A stretch of 64,000 bases of DNA, taken from Candidatus Multivoradales bacterium. Its GTDB lineage: Bacteria > Acidobacteriota > Thermoanaerobaculia > Multivoradales > JAHEKO01. Of this stretch, positions 27,570 through 36,574 are shown in pieces. The position numbers and the translations under genes were made by a program. The notes beneath the pieces were generated by a model. That model made no database searches, was not told the DNA's origin, and saw nothing but the letters and a program-made list of their open reading frames with translations. The stretch covers positions 192,001 to 256,000 of the forward strand of contig CBDFIJ010000004.1 in NCBI GenBank assembly GCA_965248055.1, given 5' to 3'. Each line of letters starts with the position of its first letter. Positions within the stretch are counted from its first letter, which is position 1.

Positions 27570-29609
27570 CTAGTCCGCTGGTTCGGACTCCCGAGCTGCC
27601 TTCCAAGGAACCCGAATCAGTACCCAGGCGACCAGGGCAAAGATTCCCAAACCGAGCCAGACGCCCAGCGATCCATCCGCCAGGCTCGGTGCGTCAGCGC
27701 CCAGGATCCACTGTGACAAAGGGGCAATCCCGGTCAGCACCAGCACCGCAATCAACACCCCGGTCAGCGCTTCGCCGGCGATCAGACCACTGGCGAGCAA
27801 GATCCCGGCGTTGTCAAATCGCAGCTGTCCCTTTTGCTCCAGCCGAGGCTTGACCCAGTTGTCGGCGATCCCTTTCATCATGCCACCGACAAAAATCGCC
27901 GCGGTGGTATCCAGATGCAAATACATACCAACCGCGATCAACATCGGCGCTGGAGCGCGCAGCAAGATCAAGCCGACTGCTAGGCCTGCGCCAATCAGGA
28001 TCAAGCCCCAAGGCATTTCACCACCGACGATCCCGGTCGCCAATTGCGCCATCAGGCCGGCCTGCGGCGCAGCCAAGTCGGCGTCACCGATGCCAATACC
28101 ACCGGTAGCAATATTGGCGTTGTGCAGCGCCGCGATGGGAAACACCAAGACAAAAGACACCACAATGGTGCTGATGATTTCGGCGATCTCCATTTTCCGT
28201 GGGGTACCACCTACCAACTGCCCAACCTTGAGATCCTGGATCATGTCGCCGGCCATTGACGATGCGCAGCAGACTACGGCGGACACCGCGAGCACCGCTC
28301 CAACACCGGGGAGCCCGGTGACCCCGATCGCCACCATCACCAAAGCGGCAACGATCAACGTCGACAGAGTGAGCCCAGAAATCGGCTGATTCGAGCCACC
28401 GACCAAGCCCACCAACCAACCGCCAACCGCGGAGAACAGAAACCCGGTGATGGTCATGATCACCGCTGCGATCAAGGCGCCGAATAGATTCTGGGTGAAG
28501 TAGTAGTAGACCAGGGTGATCGGAACGACCAGCAACATGGCCGCGATCAAGGTTCCACGCAGACTTAAATCCAGTTCCAGACGCGACACCTCAAGCGCGC
28601 CAGTCGACGACGCCGGGCGTTTCAGGGCACCGCCCAGAGCTTTCATCAACGATCCGCGCAAACCCCACAGGGTATGAATCGCACCCACCAGCATTGCCCC
28701 GACGGCGATCGGTCGCACGTTGTTGTACCAAACGGTATAGGCCAGATCGCCCCATTCCGGACGACCGGAGGCGCTCAATTGCTCCGCCATTTCAGGGTTG
28801 AGAAACAAGGCCAGGGGAATCAACACCACCCAGGCGAAGACGCCACCGGCAAAGTTGATCGAGGCCAGCCGAGGGCCGATGATGTAACCCACTGCCATCA
28901 AGGCCGGCGAGGCGGCTGGCGACGACAACGCGACGCCACCGCCGTGGGTGATGCTGCCCATCGCTTCGCGCGACGGGAAAAAGTGATGCACCACCGACTT
29001 GGGGAAGGCAAAGAACCCTTCGAAGCTCTCGCGAGCCAATCCCAAGGCACTGCTGTTTTTAAACATCTCGACCAGCACACCAAGGCCGAGGGCGCCAAAT
29101 ACGTACTTGGCCCCGCTCTCTCCCTTCTGCCCGGCTTTGACGATTTCGTAGCAAGCATAGGACTCCGGGAAAGGCAGCTCCGCATCCACGACCAAAGTAC
29201 GCCGCAACAGGATGACGAACAAAATACCTAGCAAGCCACCGATCAACAAGATGATCGAGGTTTCCCAGTAGTTGAAGTGGGTCCACAATCGCTGTCCACC
29301 CACCTCCACCATGACAAAGGCGGGAATGGTAAAAATCGCCCCGGCGACCAGCGCCTCCCCGACACTTGCCGTGGTCCGGGCAATGTTCTGCTCCAGCACG
29401 TTGCCGCGGAAAAAGGGCAAACGGAACGCGGCGATCGCAATCACCGCTGCCGGAAAGGTGGCGGAAATCGTCATCCCCGCGCGCAAGCCCAAATAGGCAT
29501 TCGCAGCTCCCAGCACCACCGCCATGATGATCCCCAAGAACATCGCCTTGAAGGTCAACTCGGGCATGTTGCTTTCAGCGGATACGTACGGTTTTTCTTG
29601 CTTCGCCAT
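27570..29609 (-). CDS. OPT-family oligopeptide transporter
   Basis: PELT, AANAYLGLRAG, PFPES, NQPISG, MIQDLKVG..VGGTP, ASGLIAGE. Confidence 0.93.
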   Translation of the reverse strand: MAKQEKPYVSAESNMPELTFKAMFLGIIMAVVLGAANAYLGLRAGMTISATFPAAVIAIAAFRLPFFRGNVLEQNIARTTASVGEALVAGAIFTIPAFVMVEVGGQRLWTHFNYWETSIILLIGGLLGILFVILLRRTLVVDAELPFPESYACYEIVKAGQKGESGAKYVFGALGLGVLVEMFKNSSALGLARESFEGFFAFPKSVVHHFFPSREAMGSITHGGGVALSSPAASPALMAVGYIIGPRLASINFAGGVFAWVVLIPLALFLNPEMAEQLSASGRPEWGDLAYTVWYNNVRPIAVGAMLVGAIHTLWGLRGSLMKALGGALKRPASSTGALEVSRLELDLSLRGTLIAAMLLVVPITLVYYYFTQNLFGALIAAVIMTITGFLFSAVGGWLVGLVGGSNQPISGLTLSTLIVAALVMVAIGVTGLPGVGAVLAVSAVVCCASSMAGDMIQDLKVGQLVGGTPRKMEIAEIISTIVVSFVLVFPIAALHNANIATGGIGIGDADLAAPQAGLMAQLATGIVGGEMPWGLILIGAGLAVGLILLRAPAPMLIAVGMYLHLDTTAAIFVGGMMKGIADNWVKPRLEQKGQLRFDNAGILLASGLIAGEALTGVLIAVLVLTGIAPLSQWILGADAPSLADGSLGVWLGLGIFALVAWVLIRVPWKAARESEPAD

Positions 29610-29796
29610 CGCGTCCTCCGTGGTCGACCTGCGACCGAATCGCCCGACTGTACAACGGAGCCCCGTCTGAGCGCGATCTGTGCGCCACCACGACCCGGAA
29701 TCTGTGCTTGCTCACCAGATACAGCACAGCTATGCTTCGCAGCCCTGATGTCGTTCTAGACACTGGTTTCCGACACTGGTTCTGACAATAGGGGTT

Positions 29797-29873
29797 CGGG
29801 GCGTAGCTCAGCTTGGTAGAGCGCACGGTTCGGGGCCGTGAGGCCGGAGGTTCGAATCCTCTCGCCCCGACCA
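29797..29873 (+). tRNA. tRNA-Pro(CGG)
   Basis: CGGGGCG acceptor stem, anticodon arm CACGG-TTCGGGG-CCGTG, GGTTCGAATCC T-arm, encoded CCA; 77 nt. Confidence 0.97.
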
Positions 29874-29963
29874 TTCCCGCCAAATCAATCTTTCTCCAAA
29901 GGCTAGCGTGGCCACGCGTTAGAATTGAACTGCGCAGTGCCACTTGGACCGCTCCGATAATCT

Positions 29964-31766
29964 ATGTCTATCCACACGCTAAACGAGCTATTTTTCCACG
30001 CCCTCGATCTGGACTGCGATGAATGCTTGTTGCAGCCAACAGACCAGGGCTATCAACCGGTGTCTTCTGCGCAGATCGGGCGCCGAGTGATGCGACTGGA
30101 GGCGACGATGCAGTCCACCGGGATTGCTCGCGGTGACCGCGTCGCGCTGATGGCCGACAACGGAGTCCACTGGCCAACTGTCGATTTCGCGACCTTGGCG
30201 CACGGGTCGGTGCTGGTACCGGTCTACCCCACCCTCACCGCTGAACAAGCGGCATTCATCATCAATGACTGTGGCGCCAAACTGGTGATCGTGCAGGGGG
30301 TAGAGCGGCTACAAGGCTTGCTCGAACTGGCAGCAGAAATGCCACAGGTCGAACAATGGGTCGCCATCGGTGAGTCGGTGGGAGAAATTCCGACACTCAA
30401 AGAGTATTCAACCGTCGAATTTGACGCTCAAGAGTTTCGCCAGCGCGCCGAGCGCGTCAGCCCGGACGATCTTGCAACGTTTATCTATACCAGTGGCACC
30501 ACTGGCCGCCCCAAGGGAGTGATGCTGAGTCATGGCAACCTGGCTTCCAACGTGGTCGCCGGCCAAGAGTGCTTAACCCTGGGCAGCGAGTTCGTCGCCC
30601 TATCTTTCTTGCCGTTGTCGCACTCATTTGAAAGAACGGTTGACTACATCTATTTCTACCTCGGCATCACTATCGCCTACGCCGAGTCGGTACACACCGT
30701 GGCGCGAGACCTCTCCCTGGTCAATCCACACGTGTTCGTCTCAGTGCCCCGGGTCTACGAAAAAGTGCTCGCCAAAGTCCACGAGAGCGTCGCCGCTGCC
30801 GGAGGTTTGCGCGAGAAGTTCTTCCATTGGGCAGTCGGAGTGGGGCGCGAAGCACTCCCCTACCGCCTGAGTCGAACCTCGCCGACCGGTTTGCTCAAGC
30901 TCAAATTGGCGCTCGCGGATCGCCTAGTTTTCTCCAAAATTCGGGCGCGCTTGGGCAGTCGGTTTTCGCGTGCCGTTTCGGGGGGAGCCCCTTTGGCTGA
31001 GGACGTGGCCGCGTTCTTCTGGGGAGCCGGGATCGAAATCTATGAAGGGTACGGTCTATCAGAGACCTCCCCGGTGTTGTGCGTCAATCGATTGGCAGCC
31101 GCCCGTATCGGTACTGTCGGTCCTGCGATCCCAGGCGTCGAGTTAAAGATCGCCGAAGACGGCGAAATCCTCGCCCGCGGACCCAACATCATGCGTGGCT
31201 ACTTCAACCTGCCAAAACAAACCGCAGAGTGCTTCACCGAAGATGGCTGGTTTCGTAGCGGCGACATCGGCCAGATCGACGAAGATGGGTACCTCAAGAT
31301 TACCGGTCGCAAGAAAGAAATTCTGGTCAACGCCTACGGCAAAAACATTGCGCCCTCACCGATCGAGAACGCTCTCAAGGCCAACCCTATGATCGAGCAC
31401 GCGGTGGTTCTGGGCGACCGCCAGAAATATCTCGCCGCGATCCTAGTTCCAGACGCCGACAATCTGGTTGCTTGGGCAACCAAGCAAGGGGTCGCCGGAG
31501 CAACTGTAGAGCGCCTTGTGCTCGACCCAGCGGTCCGGCAAAAGGTCGCCGAGCACGTCGATTCGGTCAACGCCGACCTTGCTCGTTACCAAAACATTCG
31601 TAAGTGGGAACTGGTGCCTGCCGAGTTCTCCATCGACGGCGGAGAATTGACCCCGACCCAAAAGGTCAAACGCCGCGTCATTGCGGAAAAGTACCATGCG
31701 GTGATCGACCGACTTTATGATGATGGCGAGCCTGAGATACGGCCCACCGATGAGGAGAAACCGTGA
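29964..31766 (+). CDS. fadD: Long-chain fatty acid--CoA ligase
   Basis: IYTSGTTGRPKGVMLSH, EGYGLSETSP, SGDIG, ELTPTQKVKR. Confidence 0.9.
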   Translation: MSIHTLNELFFHALDLDCDECLLQPTDQGYQPVSSAQIGRRVMRLEATMQSTGIARGDRVALMADNGVHWPTVDFATLAHGSVLVPVYPTLTAEQAAFIINDCGAKLVIVQGVERLQGLLELAAEMPQVEQWVAIGESVGEIPTLKEYSTVEFDAQEFRQRAERVSPDDLATFIYTSGTTGRPKGVMLSHGNLASNVVAGQECLTLGSEFVALSFLPLSHSFERTVDYIYFYLGITIAYAESVHTVARDLSLVNPHVFVSVPRVYEKVLAKVHESVAAAGGLREKFFHWAVGVGREALPYRLSRTSPTGLLKLKLALADRLVFSKIRARLGSRFSRAVSGGAPLAEDVAAFFWGAGIEIYEGYGLSETSPVLCVNRLAAARIGTVGPAIPGVELKIAEDGEILARGPNIMRGYFNLPKQTAECFTEDGWFRSGDIGQIDEDGYLKITGRKKEILVNAYGKNIAPSPIENALKANPMIEHAVVLGDRQKYLAAILVPDADNLVAWATKQGVAGATVERLVLDPAVRQKVAEHVDSVNADLARYQNIRKWELVPAEFSIDGGELTPTQKVKRRVIAEKYHAVIDRLYDDGEPEIRPTDEEKP

Positions 31767-33901
31767 CGTCTTCAGCCTTCCGACTGGCGGTCAACGACAA
31801 CCGAGTTGCCACTCTGCAATTTGATCTACCCGACAGCCCAGTCAACATCTTCAATCAAAACGTCCTCACCGAACTCGACCAGTTGGTTCGCCATCTCAGC
31901 GAGCGCAACGACATTGGCTGTTTAGTCCTACTGTCGGCCAAGCCCAAGGTGTTTATCGCTGGCGCCGACGTCAACGGAATCGCCCAGGTCCGCGAAGCCG
32001 AAGAGGCAGAAGCCGCGATTCGGGAGGGACAACGCATCTTCTCAGCCTGGGAAGCACTGCCCTTCCCCACCATTGCGGCAATTCGTGGCGCCTGCGTCGG
32101 TGGAGGCTTGGAACTGGCTCTATCGTCCGACTACATCGTTTCCAGCGACCGTTCCGATATCCGCATCGGACTGCCGGAAACCAAGCTAGGCATTCTTCCG
32201 GCTTGGGGTGGTTGCACCCGACTGCCGCGCCGGGTTGGAGTGATGGCTGCGCTCGACATCATCTTGGCCGGCAAGACCATCCTGCCCAAGAAGGCACTCA
32301 AGATCGGCCTGCTGGACGGATTATTTCCCGACTCAGCCTTCGATCGCCTGGTCTATGACTTCGCCGCCGCCCACGTCGACAAGCCCGGTCAACGTCGCCG
32401 CTCTGGAGGATTGGCTGCGACCCTGCTCGAGGGCAATCCGGTTGGCCGCGCAGTGATCTTTAACAAAGCGCGCAAACAAACCCTGGCGACCACCAAAGGA
32501 CACTACCCAGCCCCTCTGCGCGCGCTGGAGGTGATCAAGACCGGGCTCGACAAGGGCGTCCAGGCGGGCTTCGATGCCGAGGCCGCGTCAGCGGCTGAAT
32601 TGGCGGTTTCTCCGACCTCGAAACATTTAATCCACCTGTTTCAATTGATCGAGTCGGCTAAAAAAGACCCCGACGACGCACCCAAAGCGAGGCAGGTGCG
32701 CTCTACTGCAGTTCTCGGAGCCGGAGTTATGGGTGGTGGTATCGCTCAATTGATCTCCTCGAAAAAAGGAATCCCGGTCCGGCTCAAAGACCTGGCATTG
32801 GAGCCACTTGGTCACGCCATGGATCACGCCGCCAAGCTATTCGCCAAGCAGGTTCGTCGCCGTTGGATCACCAAGGTCGATGCCAAACAAAAGATGAACC
32901 TGATTCAACCGACCACCGACTACCAAGGGTTTGCCGGGGTCGACTTGGTGCTCGAGGCAATCGTCGAGAACTTAGAGATCAAGCAGAAGGTGTTCGCCGA
33001 ACTGGCCAACCACGTCTCGCGCGATGCCATCCTGGCCAGCAACACCTCCTCACTCTCGGTCGATCGCATTGGCGAAAAAGTACCCAATCGCGAACGCGTG
33101 GTCGGCATGCACTTTTTCAACCCGGTCGACAAGATGCCGCTGGTGGAAGTGGTCGCCGGACAGCGTTCTGGAGCCCGTGCGGTGCGCACCGTAGTTCAAT
33201 TGACTCGAGATCTGGGCAAAACCCCGGTGGTGGTCCAAGACGGACCCGGCTTTCTGGTCAACCGCCTACTGATGTTCTACAACCTGGAGGCCCTGTGGCT
33301 ACTCGATGAAGGCCACAAGATTGAAGACTTGGATCAAGCGATGACCGACTGGGGTATGCCGATGGGACCTCTCCAGTTGACCGACGAGGTCGGTTGGGAC
33401 GTCGCCTCGAAAGTCGCCCACATCCTGCATCAGGCTTTCGGAGATCGTATTCAGTTGCCCGGGTGGCTGGAAGGCATGGCCCACGGAGACCGGTTGGGCA
33501 AGAAGACCGGCAATGGCTTCTACCTCCATAGCGGCAGCAAAGGCAAAGACCTCAAGGTCGACGAGGAGGTCTACGAATTGCTGGGGATCACTCCCCGTGT
33601 CAGCCAACCGAACCTGCTCGCTCTGGCCGAACGCATGGTGCTGCCGATGGTCAATGAGGCGGCTCGCTGCTTGGAAGAAAAGATCGTCGCCTCACCGGGA
33701 GACCTGGATCTGGCGATGATCATGGGCACTGGGTTTCCACCCTTTCGTGGCGGTCTATGCCGTTGGGCCGACAGCCAAGGCCTGAGTCGCCTGCGGGGCC
33801 GCTTGGCGTTACTCGCGGAGGAGGTCAGCCCCCGATTTAGCCCCTCCGAGGCCTTTCTGCGTTATGTGGAGCGCGGGTCGTTCTACCACTACGACGCCTA
33901 G
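31763..33901 (+). CDS. fadJ: Fatty acid oxidation complex alpha subunit (enoyl-CoA hydratase/3-hydroxyacyl-CoA dehydrogenase)
   Basis: FIAGAD, GGGLELAL, GLPETKLG, GAGVMGGGIA, SNTSSL, GMHFFNPV, GFPPFRGG. Confidence 0.9.
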   Translation: MTSSAFRLAVNDNRVATLQFDLPDSPVNIFNQNVLTELDQLVRHLSERNDIGCLVLLSAKPKVFIAGADVNGIAQVREAEEAEAAIREGQRIFSAWEALPFPTIAAIRGACVGGGLELALSSDYIVSSDRSDIRIGLPETKLGILPAWGGCTRLPRRVGVMAALDIILAGKTILPKKALKIGLLDGLFPDSAFDRLVYDFAAAHVDKPGQRRRSGGLAATLLEGNPVGRAVIFNKARKQTLATTKGHYPAPLRALEVIKTGLDKGVQAGFDAEAASAAELAVSPTSKHLIHLFQLIESAKKDPDDAPKARQVRSTAVLGAGVMGGGIAQLISSKKGIPVRLKDLALEPLGHAMDHAAKLFAKQVRRRWITKVDAKQKMNLIQPTTDYQGFAGVDLVLEAIVENLEIKQKVFAELANHVSRDAILASNTSSLSVDRIGEKVPNRERVVGMHFFNPVDKMPLVEVVAGQRSGARAVRTVVQLTRDLGKTPVVVQDGPGFLVNRLLMFYNLEALWLLDEGHKIEDLDQAMTDWGMPMGPLQLTDEVGWDVASKVAHILHQAFGDRIQLPGWLEGMAHGDRLGKKTGNGFYLHSGSKGKDLKVDEEVYELLGITPRVSQPNLLALAERMVLPMVNEAARCLEEKIVASPGDLDLAMIMGTGFPPFRGGLCRWADSQGLSRLRGRLALLAEEVSPRFSPSEAFLRYVERGSFYHYDA

Positions 33902-33940
33902 CGTTTCGACGCACCGATCTTAGAAATACAGGATTTTGAC

Positions 33941-33980
33941 GGCATAGGTTCTTCGCCGATGCCCTGGCGTTGATAGCCAG
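33941..33980. terminator. Two short hairpins between convergent fadJ and the J-domain gene
   Basis: GGCAT.GG...CC.ATGCC and CTGGC...GCCAG. Confidence 0.3.
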
Positions 33981-33985
33981 ACTAT

Positions 33986-34603
33986 CTATTGGCGCTTGCG
34001 CAGTTGGTCTAGCAGGGGTCGAATCTGCACCGGCTCAGCACCCCACTTCTGCGCGTCAGCAAGGAATCGACGCGCCGCCTCCACTCGGCCGATCTCTAGA
34101 TGAGCGCGACCAGCGGTGACCAAATATTTGGGGTTACGCGGATCCAGATCCACCGCTTGCCGAGAAGCATGGACCCCCAGGCTTTTCTTGGCCGGGATAC
34201 GGCTGGCAACCTGGGCCAGGAAATGCCAGGCGCGAGCATCCTTGGGGCCGATCCGGGTGGCCTCCTCCAGGCTGTCGATCGCCAATTTGAGACTGCCTTC
34301 GCGAAAAGCATTGACCCCGCGCTGTAGCAATTTATCGATCGCCTGCTGTTCCACCGGCTTGCCGAAAGCCTTGGTTCTGCGACTCTGGTCGTACTCGACC
34401 CTTCGCTGTGGGTCCATTAAGGCATTCGCGGCTTGGGTCAAATATTGAAACTCTTCGATCGCCTGCTCACGGTCGACGTCCGAACGGCGATCGGGATGGC
34501 GCTGCCGCACCAACTCCCTAAACTGGGCTCGAATCTCAGCCTCGCTGGCGCTGCTGGAGACGCCGAGTACTCCATAGTAGTCAGACTTATTGTTCTGCGT
34601 CAT
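33986..34603 (-). CDS. J-domain (DnaJ) protein with TPR repeats
   Basis: DYYGVLGV...HPD motif; C-terminal TPR-like repeats (P.DARAWHFLA, DLDPRNPKY). Confidence 0.88.
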   Translation of the reverse strand: MTQNNKSDYYGVLGVSSSASEAEIRAQFRELVRQRHPDRRSDVDREQAIEEFQYLTQAANALMDPQRRVEYDQSRRTKAFGKPVEQQAIDKLLQRGVNAFREGSLKLAIDSLEEATRIGPKDARAWHFLAQVASRIPAKKSLGVHASRQAVDLDPRNPKYLVTAGRAHLEIGRVEAARRFLADAQKWGAEPVQIRPLLDQLRKRQ

Positions 34604-35613
34604 CCGACTTTCACCCGGTAGAACTGCCGCGCCCGACTGCGAACCGCGTCAGGGATATTGCGGTCGGTACGCAATACCTTAAGATCCCGGGGTGCGATCC
34701 CCGACAGCAGCCGCAACGAAACCCCCACAGGGGTTTTGGGATTCGAGACCAAAGACCGCTGCACCGGGTATTTGCGACACCAGCGTCGATCCTTGGCGAT
34801 CAACTCCAACACCTCTTCCTCCACCGTCCGAGAACGCGCAATTCTTTCGATCTCGGTCGCAGAAAACGAACTGGTCATAAGCGCCGTGGTCGCCACCACC
34901 GGATTCGAGTCGCGAACCATCAAATTGCGTAGACGAACCCCCGCGTTGCGCGCCAAGCGCAGTTTCACAGACGGTGGTAACAGGCGAATCTGGCCCTCAG
35001 AAAGGTTAGTCTGGTCGTCGATTTCTCCCTGCACTGGGGCCGCCCGGACCACTTCCAGCGCTTCCTCAAGCTCAGCGTCATTGGCTTCGACCAGTTCCTC
35101 TTCAGTGTCCGGAGCATCCTCCGGTGAAACCACCAGCTTCTCCAGCTCGGCAACCCGTCTCCCCACCTCGGGCGAGAGATTGGAGTTGGCCCGCAGCCCT
35201 CGCAGAATCTCCGGCGCCGACTCGATCGCGTCTTGTCGCTGGACCAGCGCACGCTGCAAATCGGGACCCATCGAGGGAGCAACCTCGGCGAGAATCCACG
35301 CCTCCAGCGAACGGTGCCGAAGCCCCGCCAACTGAATCTTCGCGTCAGGAAACCGGCGCAGACAAAACTCAGCCAGTCGTGGCGACGGACCGGTCTCTAG
35401 AGCTTCAACAATGGCATGCGGGGCGGTGGCAAGCAGCGAGCGACTTGCCACCTCAACCTCATCCGCCCCCTCAAAGAACAATGCGGCCTGAGCCTCCAAT
35501 AGCTCTTCGATAGGAATCGGAATGGAACCTGCCGCGACCGCAGACCGCAGCTTGGAGCTACCCTCCAGAAGGCGCCGAGTTTCGCCCGAGTTAGCCGCCC
35601 GCTGCGCCATCAT
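34600..35613 (-). CDS. Conserved hypothetical helical-repeat protein (LRV-like)
   Basis: C-terminal K.RLA...R..MVRDSN..V...EIE.IA.SR...EEVL..I...R.W...Y.V...LV.NPKTP pattern. Confidence 0.7.
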   Translation of the reverse strand: MMAQRAANSGETRRLLEGSSKLRSAVAAGSIPIPIEELLEAQAALFFEGADEVEVASRSLLATAPHAIVEALETGPSPRLAEFCLRRFPDAKIQLAGLRHRSLEAWILAEVAPSMGPDLQRALVQRQDAIESAPEILRGLRANSNLSPEVGRRVAELEKLVVSPEDAPDTEEELVEANDAELEEALEVVRAAPVQGEIDDQTNLSEGQIRLLPPSVKLRLARNAGVRLRNLMVRDSNPVVATTALMTSSFSATEIERIARSRTVEEEVLELIAKDRRWCRKYPVQRSLVSNPKTPVGVSLRLLSGIAPRDLKVLRTDRNIPDAVRSRARQFYRVKVG

Positions 35614-36508
35614 CGACGACCTCAGACAACCCGAATACGGTGGCTATAAAATCCGCGTCCACCTCAAGCTCTCGGGTCTTCGACCTGGAATCTGGATTCG
35701 GCCAGGAATACACACGATCATTGATACTAACCACGGATCCGGCAAAATTCCCCAGTCTGAGCCACACCTTGTCATCGGCTTCCAAACGTAGGGACTCTCC
35801 CTTGGCATAGATGGTGGAAATTTGCCGCACCCCATCCACCGTGCTCTCCACCCAGCAGTCTTCGACGAAATCGATGGTTACCCGCACCGATGGTAAGTTG
35901 GCGGTGTCTTGGGCGAGCACGGTTGCTGAGGGCTCCGATTCAGAATCCGTGTCTTGCTGCGCTACTAATTCGTCGCTGGCCAGTTCGGATTGCTGGTCCA
36001 CGCTCGGCGGACGTGTGGTTGTGTCGCGGGAGCTCGAAGCGATCGACGACGACTCGGCTGACGCTTTCTGCGACGCCTGTCGATAGGTCCAATAGCCGGC
36101 TCCACCTAAAACCACGGCGCCCAGAATCACCGCGAGCAGCCACTTCCAGTTGCCCTCGCTATGCGACTGGGAGGCTCGAGACTCGTTCTCGGCTTGAGAT
36201 TCCCACTGACCGACGTAGTAGGTGACGACGTTATCCTCATCCAATCCGACGAACTTGGCGTACTGGCGGAGAAAACCGCGGACAAACACCTGCGCTGGCA
36301 AGATATCCGATTCATCTTCTTCCAAGGCTCGCAGGAATCGCGAGCTGATCTTGGTGTGCTCAGAGACCTCCGCTAGGTCAATCGACCGAGCTTCCCTTTG
36401 TTTCTTGAGCCAGGTACCAAAGCTCAGTTCTACCCCTTCTCGATCTTCCTGCCAAGGAGGAACCGCAGAAGTACGTACACCGGATATCGAGTCGGGTTGT
36501 TCAGCCAT
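35591..36508 (-). CDS. rodZ: RodZ-like HTH membrane protein
   Basis: FGTWLKKQRE...TKIS...LE...FVRGFLRQYAKFVGL, single TM helix, C-terminal DUF4115-like CWV...GE...LGN. Confidence 0.85.
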   Translation of the reverse strand: MAEQPDSISGVRTSAVPPWQEDREGVELSFGTWLKKQREARSIDLAEVSEHTKISSRFLRALEEDESDILPAQVFVRGFLRQYAKFVGLDEDNVVTYYVGQWESQAENESRASQSHSEGNWKWLLAVILGAVVLGGAGYWTYRQASQKASAESSSIASSSRDTTTRPPSVDQQSELASDELVAQQDTDSESEPSATVLAQDTANLPSVRVTIDFVEDCWVESTVDGVRQISTIYAKGESLRLEADDKVWLRLGNFAGSVVSINDRVYSWPNPDSRSKTRELEVDADFIATVFGLSEVVDDGAAGG

Positions 36509-36574
36509 CGCTGTACTCTAGTCGGGTGTTCGGAACAGGGTCAAACCCATCCAGGTCTGATAGTTTGGCCCGCT

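Noticed and set aside
29797-29964. tRNA-Pro as an integration site for an island
   Set aside because: No integrase nearby, no duplicated tRNA 3' end seen, and the flanking genes are metabolic.
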